64,000 nt of DNA from Lachnospiraceae bacterium (GTDB lineage Bacteria > Bacillota > Clostridia > Lachnospirales > Lachnospiraceae), in contig JAAVZU010000006.1 of NCBI GenBank assembly GCA_022791815.1, forward strand, positions 15,186 to 79,185, read 5' to 3'. This document shows positions 56,816 through 64,000 of the stretch, one piece after another. Made by a program: the position numbers and the translations under genes. Below the pieces are notes generated by a model, which ran no database searches, was not told the origin of the DNA, and saw only the letters and a program-made list of their open reading frames with translations. Within the stretch, counting starts at the first letter, position 1; every line of letters begins with the position of its first letter.

Positions 56816-59383
56816 ATGGGATTTTTTACAAAAATATTTGGAACGCATAGTGAACATGAGTTGAAACGTATTTATCCAATTGTGGATAAGATTGAAGCGT
56901 TAGAACCAGATTATGAGAAGCTGTCAGATGAAGAACTTCAGCATAAGACAGTGGAATTTAAAGAAAGATTAGAAAAAGGAGAGACATTGGACGACCTTTT
57001 AATTGAGGCTTTTGCGACAATTCGTGAAGCTTCCAAGCGTGTCCTTGGAATGCGTCACTACCGTGTACAGTTAATTGGTGGTGTAATATTACATCAGGGA
57101 CGTATTACAGAGATGCGTACAGGTGAAGGTAAGACATTAGTATCTACACTTCCTGCATATTTGAACGCATTGGCAGGAGATGGCGTGCATATCGTAACTG
57201 TCAATGATTATCTGGCAAAGCGTGATGCAGAGTGGATGGGTAAGGTACATGAATTTTTAGGGTTGACAGTAGGTGTAATTTTAAATAGCATGGATAATGA
57301 TGAACGCCGTGCAGCGTATGCTTGTGATATTACATACGCTACAAATAATGAACTGGGATTTGATTATCTAAGAGATAACATGGTAATATATAAAGAACAG
57401 CTTGTTATGCGTGGGTTAAATTATGCGATTGTGGATGAGGTTGACTCTGTTTTAATTGACGAAGCAAGAACACCACTTATTATTTCTGGACAAAGCGGAA
57501 AGTCTACAAAGCTCTATGAAGCTTGTGACAATCTGGCAAGAACTTTGGAGAGAGGTACTGAGACGGAACTTTCCAAGATGGATGTTATTATGAAGGAAGA
57601 AACCGAAGAAACTGGTGACTTCGTTGTAAATGAAAAAGATAAAAATGTTAATCTTACGGAACAAGGTGTCCATAAGGTTGAAAAATATTTCCATATAGAG
57701 AATCTGGCAGATCCAGAGAATTTAGAGATTCAGCATAATATTATTTTAGCATTGCGTGCCCATAACTTAATGTTTAAAGATAAAGATTATGTGGTAAAAG
57801 ATGATGAAGTTTTAATTGTAGATGAGTTTACTGGACGTATTATGCCAGGAAGACGTTATTCAGATGGTTTGCATCAGGCAATTGAAGCAAAAGAAAGAGT
57901 AAAGGTTCGTAGAGAAAGTAAAACTCTTGCAACTATTACATTCCAGAACTTCTTTAATAAGTATGCAAAGAAGAGTGGTATGACAGGTACTGCATTAACA
58001 GAAGAAAAGGAATTCCGTGAAATTTATGGAATGGATGTTATTGAAGTACCTACCAACAAGCCAGTGCAGCGTGTAGATTATCAGGATGCGGTATATAAAA
58101 CGAAGAGAGGTAAGTTGAATGCTGTTGCAGATGAAATTGAAGAGGCACATGCAAAGGGACAACCTGTCTTAGTAGGTACAATTACTATTGAAGGTTCAGA
58201 GGAATTAAGTGCAATTTTAAAGAAACGTGGTATTCCTCATAATGTTTTAAATGCAAAGTTCCATGAAAAGGAAGCTGAGATTGTGGCAGATGCAGGACAG
58301 CTTGGTGCGGTTACCATTGCAACGAATATGGCAGGACGTGGTACAGATATTAAACTTGGGGACGGTGTAGTAGAGCTTGGTGGTTTAAAGATTATTGGTA
58401 CAGAGAGACATGAATCCCGCCGTATTGATAATCAGTTACGCGGTCGTGCTGGTCGTCAGGGAGATCCAGGAGAATCCCGTTTCTATATTTCACTGGAAGA
58501 TGATTTGATGCGTTTATTTGGTTCGGAGAGACTAATGAGTATGTTTAACTCTTTAGGACTTGGAGAAGACGAATTGATTGAGCATAAGATGTTATCTAAT
58601 GCAATTGAGAAAGCACAGATGAAGATAGAAGGGAATAACTTTGGTATCCGTAAGAATCTGTTAGAATATGATAGAGTAAATAATGACCAAAGAGAGATTA
58701 TTTACGAAGAAAGACGCCGGGTGTTAGATGGAGAAAGTATGCGGGATACCATTTACCGTATGATTACAGATAATGTGGAACGTTGTGTAGATACTGTAAT
58801 TGGAGAAGACCAGAATCCAGATGAATGGGATTTACATGAATTAAACCAATTGCTTCTTCCTATTGTGCCATTAGAGAAGATTGTATTGACTGAGGAAGAA
58901 AAGTCAAGTATTAAGAAAGCGCAGCTTATGCAGACTTTAAAAGAGGAAGCAACAAAATTATATGAAGCAAAAGAAGCGGAATTTCCTGAAGCAGAGCAGA
59001 TTCGTGAAGTGGAGCGTGTAATTCTTCTGAAAGTAATTGACAGTAAGTGGATGGATCATATTGACGATATGGATCAATTGCGTCAGGGTATTGGTTTACA
59101 GGCCTATGGACAGCGTAATCCAGTTGTAGAATATACCAACAGCGGTTTTGAAATGTTTGGCGAGATGATCAATGCAATTGAAGAAGAGACAGTAAGAGCA
59201 TTGATGCATATTCGTGTAGAACAGCAGGTGGAAAGAGAACAAGTGGCTAAGGTTACTGGAACCAATAAAGATGAAACTTCTGTCCGTACACCAAAGAGAC
59301 GTGCAGAAAAGAAGATTGGACCAAATGAACCTTGTCCATGCGGAAGTGGTAAGAAATACAAATTCTGCTGTGGAAAATCATAA
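56816..59383 (+). CDS. secA: Preprotein translocase ATPase SecA
   Basis: MRTGEGKTL Walker [24 protein letters not shown]-like motif, [13 protein letters not shown], and the C-terminal Zn-binding tail [14 protein letters not shown]. Confidence 0.97.
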   Translation: MGFFTKIFGTHSEHELKRIYPIVDKIEALEPDYEKLSDEELQHKTVEFKERLEKGETLDDLLIEAFATIREASKRVLGMRHYRVQLIGGVILHQGRITEMRTGEGKTLVSTLPAYLNALAGDGVHIVTVNDYLAKRDAEWMGKVHEFLGLTVGVILNSMDNDERRAAYACDITYATNNELGFDYLRDNMVIYKEQLVMRGLNYAIVDEVDSVLIDEARTPLIISGQSGKSTKLYEACDNLARTLERGTETELSKMDVIMKEETEETGDFVVNEKDKNVNLTEQGVHKVEKYFHIENLADPENLEIQHNIILALRAHNLMFKDKDYVVKDDEVLIVDEFTGRIMPGRRYSDGLHQAIEAKERVKVRRESKTLATITFQNFFNKYAKKSGMTGTALTEEKEFREIYGMDVIEVPTNKPVQRVDYQDAVYKTKRGKLNAVADEIEEAHAKGQPVLVGTITIEGSEELSAILKKRGIPHNVLNAKFHEKEAEIVADAGQLGAVTIATNMAGRGTDIKLGDGVVELGGLKIIGTERHESRRIDNQLRGRAGRQGDPGESRFYISLEDDLMRLFGSERLMSMFNSLGLGEDELIEHKMLSNAIEKAQMKIEGNNFGIRKNLLEYDRVNNDQREIIYEERRRVLDGESMRDTIYRMITDNVERCVDTVIGEDQNPDEWDLHELNQLLLPIVPLEKIVLTEEEKSSIKKAQLMQTLKEEATKLYEAKEAEFPEAEQIREVERVILLKVIDSKWMDHIDDMDQLRQGIGLQAYGQRNPVVEYTNSGFEMFGEMINAIEEETVRALMHIRVEQQVEREQVAKVTGTNKDETSVRTPKRRAEKKIGPNEPCPCGSGKKYKFCCGKS

Positions 59384-59397
59384 ATAGATTGAATTAA

Positions 59398-59443
59398 CAA
59401 TGATTGCAGATGGAGGATATAAATCTTCTATCTGCAATCATTG
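59398..59443 (+). terminator. 14-bp perfect hairpin after secA (no strong T-run)
   Basis: CAATGATTGCAGAT...ATCTGCAATCATTG. The arm shares ATGATTGCAGA with 46610-46620. Confidence 0.5.
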
Positions 59444-59517
59444 TATCTGGATATAATAGTTTAGCTTATAGTCTAAATTGTTGCATTTGAATAATTGGAG
59501 AACATGGAGGATAAGAT

Positions 59518-59844
59518 ATGAAGAAATTTGATGCTGACTATATATTGCTTGAGGATATATATAAAGATGGGTATTTTCCAGATTTTTTGGTAGATAAAGT
59601 AAAAGAATTGATACAAGATATCATCGAGTTGTTAGAAACAGGAGAAAGAGATTTAGAGAAAATACAAGACAAATGTGATAAAATGACACAGGCAATTAAT
59701 GAACTGCAGGAAGAATTTGAAGATAATGATAGTGAAATAGAAACTGTTGCAAGAGATAGTATCGGTGAAACAATTGAGTATATTTTAAAATGGTTTGAGA
59801 TTGACATGGATGTAGAGGATGCTATCCGTGAAAGAGACTGGTAG
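59518..59844 (+). CDS. Small acidic hypothetical protein
   Basis: 108 aa. RBS GGAGGA upstream. Helical, Asp/Glu-rich, with no recognisable catalytic motif. Confidence 0.6.
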   Translation: MKKFDADYILLEDIYKDGYFPDFLVDKVKELIQDIIELLETGERDLEKIQDKCDKMTQAINELQEEFEDNDSEIETVARDSIGETIEYILKWFEIDMDVEDAIRERDW

Positions 59845-59875
59845 TCAAGGATAAATTTCATTTATTTATCAAGAG

Positions 59876-59903
59876 AAAGAAAGGTGATTTCACCTTTCTT
59901 TTT
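59876..59903 (+). terminator. Rho-independent terminator
   Basis: AAAGAAAGGTG-attt-CACCTTTCTTT followed by TT. Confidence 0.8.
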
Positions 59904-59930
59904 GCCTTTTTTGTAAAAAAGTGGTATACT
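59902..59930 (+). promoter_or_regulatory. Candidate prfB promoter (extended -10)
   Basis: TTGCCT, 17-nt spacer containing TGG, then TATACT (59925-59930). This places the family-2 repeat inside the prfB 5' UTR. Confidence 0.45.
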
Positions 59931-59970
59931 AATTAACAATAGAGTAATCTGTTGGTTAGGATATAATATA

Positions 59971-60181
59971 AAACTTACATGCTGCCTCTGGCGGCAATAC
60001 TATGAATGAAAGTGTCGGTTACTCCGCACTATGTGCTCCCGTAACCGCCTAATGTGTATTCGCAGTCCGAGCTATCGCTCGGTGGCTCATACACATCAGG
60101 TTCTACGATAGATATAGCAATTGGTCTTTGTGCAGGCACAAACCAATTGCTATATCTATCGATAACACTTTCAGAGTAAAT
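59971..60181 (+). repeat. Family-2 nested-hairpin repeat, full copy, ending 22 nt before the prfB ATG
   Basis: Collinear with 21427-21635. The third hairpin is perfect here (GATAGATATAGCAATTGGT/ACCAATTGCTATATCTATC) and carries paired substitutions relative to the ilvB copy. Confidence 0.85.
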
Positions 60182-60203
60182 TAAAATAGAAAGAGGTGAT
60201 TAA

Positions 60204-61314
60204 ATGGTTGAGTTAGATAATTTTAAAAGTACATTAGGTACTTATAAGCAGCCATTAAAAGAAGTGGGGGATTCACTTTGACTTAGCTGTAAAGAAGCTA
60301 AGAATAGAAGAGTTAGAGAGGATTATGGAAGAACCAGGTTTCTGGAATGATCAAGAAAAGTCCCAACAATCCATGAAGGAATTAAAAGGACTGAAAGAGG
60401 TAGTGGAAGGATTTGCAAAACTTACAGGTGCTTATGAAGATATTGAGACTCTATTGGCTATGGGATATGAGGAACAGGACGAGAGTCTGGTTCCAGAAAT
60501 TGAACAGGAATTAAATGAATTTATAGAGAAATTTGAATCATTAAGAATCCGTACTTTATTGTCAGAAGAATATGATAAGGATAATGCAATATTAACACTT
60601 CATGCAGGAGCAGGTGGAACAGAAAGTTGTGACTGGGCAAGTATGCTTTGCCGTATGTATCAAAGATGGGCAGATAAGCATGGTTTCCAGACAGAGATGA
60701 TTGACTTTCTGGATGGAGAAGAGGCAGGACTTAAGTCTGTTACATTGGAGATTAAGGGTGAAAATGTCTATGGATATTTAAAATCAGAGCATGGAGTACA
60801 TCGCTTGGTAAGAATTTCACCTTTTAATGCAGCAGGGAAGAGACAGACATCTTTTGTTTCTTGTGATGTAATGCCCGATATTGAAGAGGATTTAGATGTA
60901 GAGATTAACGAAGATGATATCAGGGTGGATACTTATCGTTCTAGCGGGGCAGGTGGACAGCATATTAACAAGACATCTTCTGCCATTCGTATTACTCATT
61001 ATCCCACTGGGATTGTGGTACAGTGCCAGAATGAACGTTCCCAGCACATGAATAAAGATAAGGCTATGCAGATGTTAAAGGCAAAGTTATATCTGTTGAA
61101 ACAGCAGGAGAATATGGAGAAGGAGTCTGGTATACGAGGTGAAGTAAAAGAAATTGGTTGGGGAAATCAGATTCGTTCTTATGTTATGCAGCCTTATACT
61201 ATGGTAAAAGATCATCGTACCAGTGAGGAAATAAGTAATGTTAATGCCGTATTAGATGGTGATATCGACGGATTTATCAATGCATACTTAAAGTGGAAGA
61301 ATACCAAGAAATAA
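60204..61314 (+). CDS. prfB: Peptide chain release factor 2, requiring programmed +1 frameshift (join 60204..60278, 60280..61314)
   Basis: ORF0 is MVELDNFKSTLGTYKQPLKEVGDSL, ending CTT TGA C. The +1 frame continues DLAVKKLRIEELERIMEEPGFWND...SPF...GGQHINKT (SPF and GGQ motifs). Confidence 0.93.
60266..60282 (+). promoter_or_regulatory. prfB +1 frameshift site with internal Shine-Dalgarno-like element
   Basis: GGGGGA TTC A CTT TGA C. The SD-like GGGGGA lies 4 nt before the slippery CTT followed by the in-frame UGA. Confidence 0.9.
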
Positions 61315-61327
61315 AGGGGGAATTATT

Positions 61328-61789
61328 GTGAAAAGAATAAAACAAGTTTTGTGTGATGTAGGCGGAAATACTTATGGTATTGATATTGCACATGTACAGG
61401 GGATTGAGAAACAATTGAATATTACACAAGTACCCAATGTACCAAGGTTTATTGAAGGAATTGCAAAATTACGGGATAGTGTAATTCCAGTATTTAGCCT
61501 TCATAAAAAGTTTGGTGTAGAAATAAAGCAAGAAACAGGGGACAGTAAGTATATTATTGTTAAATTAGATGATTTATTACTGGCATTTCAAGTAGATATG
61601 GTTGCAGAGATTGTTGAATTATCAGAAGACAAATTTATGCCTGCACCACAAGTTGTATTTTCAGAGGAAACAGGTTACATTGAATCCATTATTTCTGTAG
61701 ATGGCAAATTGGTTGTTGTTCTGGATATAAATGGTGTGTTAACAGAAAAGGAAAAAGAGAAACTTACCAAAGTAGTGAATGAGTGTTAA
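61328..61789 (+). CDS. cheW: Chemotaxis coupling protein CheW
   Basis: 153 aa CheW-like domain (YGIDIAHVQGIEK...VPNVPRFIEGIAKLRDSVIPVFSLHKKFG). GTG start after AAGGGGG. Confidence 0.85.
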   Translation: MKRIKQVLCDVGGNTYGIDIAHVQGIEKQLNITQVPNVPRFIEGIAKLRDSVIPVFSLHKKFGVEIKQETGDSKYIIVKLDDLLLAFQVDMVAEIVELSEDKFMPAPQVVFSEETGYIESIISVDGKLVVVLDINGVLTEKEKEKLTKVVNEC

Positions 61790-61915
61790 TGCTTCTTCTT
61801 TTCAACTCTTGCATTTAAGAGAAATTTATGTTAGTATATCTTTCGTGGGTAAACAAGTGTATTTCCTGTGCATACACAGAAATGTAATTCCATAGGCATA
61901 ATGGAGGAATATATA

Positions 61916-62365
61916 ATGAGTGCTACAGAAGAAGAACAATATTTTCTTGTGAAAAAAAGTGCTTTGCCAGAAGTGTACCATAAAGTTGTGGAAGCTAAAC
62001 GTTTACTGGATTCCCAAAGAAATGTTACAATACAGGAAGCAACGGATGCAGTAGGGATTAGCCGCAGTTCTTTCTATAAGTATAAAGATGATATTTTTCC
62101 TTTTCATGATAATGCAAGGGGGAAGACGGTTACATTTATGATGCAAGTGGATGATGAGCCTGGATTATTATCAAAGATTTTAAGTCTGGTAGCAAAATAT
62201 CAGGCAAATATTTTGACTATACATCAGAGTATACCTGTGAACCGCATTGCTATGCTTACGATTAGTGTGGAGATTGCAACTGAAACAGGAGAAGTAACAC
62301 AGATGATTCAGGAGATAGAAGCTTTGTCAGGAATGCATTTTTTAAAGATTATAGCAAGGGAATAA
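61916..62365 (+). CDS. ACT-domain protein (UPF0735/PheB-like) upstream of hom
   Basis: N-terminal HTH-like segment (TIQEATDAVGISRSSFYKYKD) plus a C-terminal ACT fold (TFMMQVDDEPGLLSKILSLVAKYQANILTIHQS). ATG 61916 follows GGAGG. Confidence 0.8.
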   Translation: MSATEEEQYFLVKKSALPEVYHKVVEAKRLLDSQRNVTIQEATDAVGISRSSFYKYKDDIFPFHDNARGKTVTFMMQVDDEPGLLSKILSLVAKYQANILTIHQSIPVNRIAMLTISVEIATETGEVTQMIQEIEALSGMHFLKIIARE

Positions 62366-62458
62366 AAGTTGTTATAATTATACAAGAAAATGGGATCTTT
62401 ATTTTTAAAACATAATTAGAGAAAAAGACTTGTCTGTAAAGACAGAATGGAGGACAAT

Positions 62459-63673
62459 ATGTTAAATGTCAGTGTGTTAGGTTATGGTACAGTTGGTTCA
62501 GGTGTGGTCGAGGTATTGACTACCAATAAGGAAAGTATTTCAAAAAAAGCAGGACAAGAAGTTAATGTAAAGTATATTCTTGACTTAAGGGACTTTCCAG
62601 GAGATCCTCATGAAGACAAAGTGGTGCATGACTTTAACATAATTGTAAATGATCAAGATGTGCAGATTGTTGTAGAAACTATGGGTGGGGTAAAGCCTGC
62701 TTATGATTTTGTAAAAGCTTGTTTAGAGGCTGGAAAGAGTGTATGTACGTCCAATAAAGAATTAGTTGCAAAACATGGTGCTGAACTTCTTGCTATTGCA
62801 AAAGAGAAATCAATTAACTTCTTTTTTGAAGCCAGCGTTGGAGGAGGAATTCCAGTAATCCGTCCTATGGTTCAATGTTTGAATGGAGATGTAATAGAGG
62901 AGATTTCAGGTATTTTAAATGGTACTACAAATTATATTTTATCAAAAATGACCACAGAAGGTTCTGACTTTGATTCTGTATTAAAGGATGCACAAGATAA
63001 AGGTTATGCAGAGAGAAATCCTGAGGCAGATGTAGAAGGATATGATGCCTGCAGAAAAATCGCAATTTTAACATCCCTTGCATATGGTAAACAGGTGGAT
63101 TATGAAGATATTTATACAGAAGGTATAACAAAGATTACAGATGTGGACATTAAATATGCGAAGTCACTTGGTGCAGCAATTAAGATATTCGGAAGTAGCA
63201 GAAAAGTTGGAGACAAAATTTTTGCAAAAGTTGCACCAGTTATGATTAATGATGCACATCCATTATTTAGTGTAAATGATGTGTTTAATGGTATTTTTGT
63301 AAAAGGAAATATGGTCGGTGATATTATGTTCTACGGCAGCGGAGCAGGAAAATTACCTACAGCTAGTGCTGTAGTAGCGGATGTTGTAGAAGCTGCAAAG
63401 AACTTAAATACAAATATCCCAGTTATTTGGGACAGTGAGAAGTTGGCAATCTCAGATATTAAAGATGCCAGCCAGCGTTTCTTTGTTCGTTTATCAGGAA
63501 ATGCTACAGAAAATGCAGATAAAGTAGCAAAACTATTTGAAAAAGTTGAAGTAGTAGATGCTGGTATTACTGGAGAATATGCATTTATTACTGATGAGAT
63601 AAAAGAATGTGAATTTGTAGCAAAGGCAGAAGAACTTGGTAATGTAATAAGTAGAATTCGTGTAGATTTCTAA
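62459..63673 (+). CDS. hom: Homoserine dehydrogenase
   Basis: VLGYGTVGSGV NAD(P) fold, TSNKELVA, GILNGTTNYILS, and a C-terminal ACT-like domain. Confidence 0.93.
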   Translation: MLNVSVLGYGTVGSGVVEVLTTNKESISKKAGQEVNVKYILDLRDFPGDPHEDKVVHDFNIIVNDQDVQIVVETMGGVKPAYDFVKACLEAGKSVCTSNKELVAKHGAELLAIAKEKSINFFFEASVGGGIPVIRPMVQCLNGDVIEEISGILNGTTNYILSKMTTEGSDFDSVLKDAQDKGYAERNPEADVEGYDACRKIAILTSLAYGKQVDYEDIYTEGITKITDVDIKYAKSLGAAIKIFGSSRKVGDKIFAKVAPVMINDAHPLFSVNDVFNGIFVKGNMVGDIMFYGSGAGKLPTASAVVADVVEAAKNLNTNIPVIWDSEKLAISDIKDASQRFFVRLSGNATENADKVAKLFEKVEVVDAGITGEYAFITDEIKECEFVAKAEELGNVISRIRVDF

Positions 63674-63704
63674 TATCATTTTCTATGAATTTGTAATTCA
63701 CATG

Positions 63705-63745
63705 AAAAGAGAGGTGCGTTTAAAATACCTCTCTTTTTGTTTTTG
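63705..63745 (+). terminator. Rho-independent terminator after hom
   Basis: AAAAGAGAGGT...ACCTCTCTTTT followed by TGTTTTT. Confidence 0.85.
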
Positions 63746-63753
63746 ATAATGAT

Positions 63754-63973
63754 ATTGAATATGATGCTAGGGTCAAAAGTAGATAACAATGCATGTTTAC
63801 ATGCAAATTGTTATCTACTGGCTTGACCCGCCAAACACCGACAAGAAGCAGATTTGCTTGCAAATATGCGGGATTGGAGGTGTTTGTAGGATTGCGGGAA
63901 TTGCATAGCAATGTAGCAATCCGTAGCATCAGTTGGGGGCAAAATAACTTTTGACCCCAACATCATTGAATAT
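63754..63973. mobile_element. MITE-like element: 202 bp (63763-63964) with 18-bp imperfect terminal inverted repeats, flanked by a perfect 9-bp direct repeat
   Basis: The left TIR is GATGCTAGGGTCAAAAGT. The reverse complement of the right end is GATGTTGGGGTCAAAAGT (16/18 match). ATTGAATAT occurs at 63754-63762 and again at 63965-63973. The interior folds into three hairpins and has no ORF. Confidence 0.75.
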
Positions 63974-64000
63974 AAAATGGAGATAATAATATGAAATGTG

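Noticed and set aside
63705-63745. AAGAGAGGTGCG resembling the 5' end of a lysine (L-box) riboswitch after hom
   Set aside because: The segment forms a simple 11-bp hairpin plus T-run (the hom terminator). None of the other conserved L-box helices follow; the downstream structure is the MITE.

Overview
This is a 64-kb chromosomal segment from a low-GC Firmicute. Gene content (MCP, CheW, PilZ, YvyF-like protein, LL-DAP aminotransferase, long HPF) suggests a motile Clostridia/Lachnospiraceae-type genome, but that is inference only. No rRNA, tRNA or CRISPR array was seen.

Most of the window is core metabolism and housekeeping, largely on the + strand:
- metY
- leuB-ilvD-ilvB
- serC-serA
- dapL
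- gatC-(Zn-ribbon gene)-gatA-gatB
- ridA
- hpf-secA-prfB, with the classical +1 frameshift site in prfB
- cheW
- ACT-domain gene plus hom
- a minus-strand parE/parC-like type IIA topoisomerase pair

Accessory content:
1. A 5'-truncated radical SAM/SPASM-TPR gene at the left edge.
2. Two paralogous GntR(YtrA-like)/ABC-ATPase/membrane-protein modules with related palindromic operators.
3. A TetR-MMPL-heptad-repeat protein operon with four TGAC-N5-GTCA operator sites.
4. An orphan solute-binding protein gene immediately followed by an MCP gene.
5. A small islet between ilvB and serC holding a SUKH/SMI1-like fragment and an AAA-ATPase/PD-(D/E)XK protein.
6. A decayed mobile island (~31.1-38.2 kb). 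It holds an internally deleted IS3 element abutting a truncated large serine recombinase, a ~0.8-kb very AT-rich spacer, a 1231-aa secreted TSP3-repeat/vWA/class-3-lipase protein followed by a small membrane protein, and a flavodoxin pseudogene.

The structure least explained by genes is in the intergenic DNA:
- A three-hairpin ~130-bp repeat family brackets the topoisomerase genes.
- A ~210-bp nested-hairpin repeat sits directly in front of the ilvB and prfB start codons, with fragments before secA and after the MCP gene.
- Other nested palindromes share arm sequences with each other.
- A 202-bp MITE-like element has 18-bp terminal inverted repeats and a perfect 9-bp target duplication.
- Four to five DnaA boxes cluster upstream of hpf.

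All calls come from reading the sequence and the ORF translations. No database search was run.
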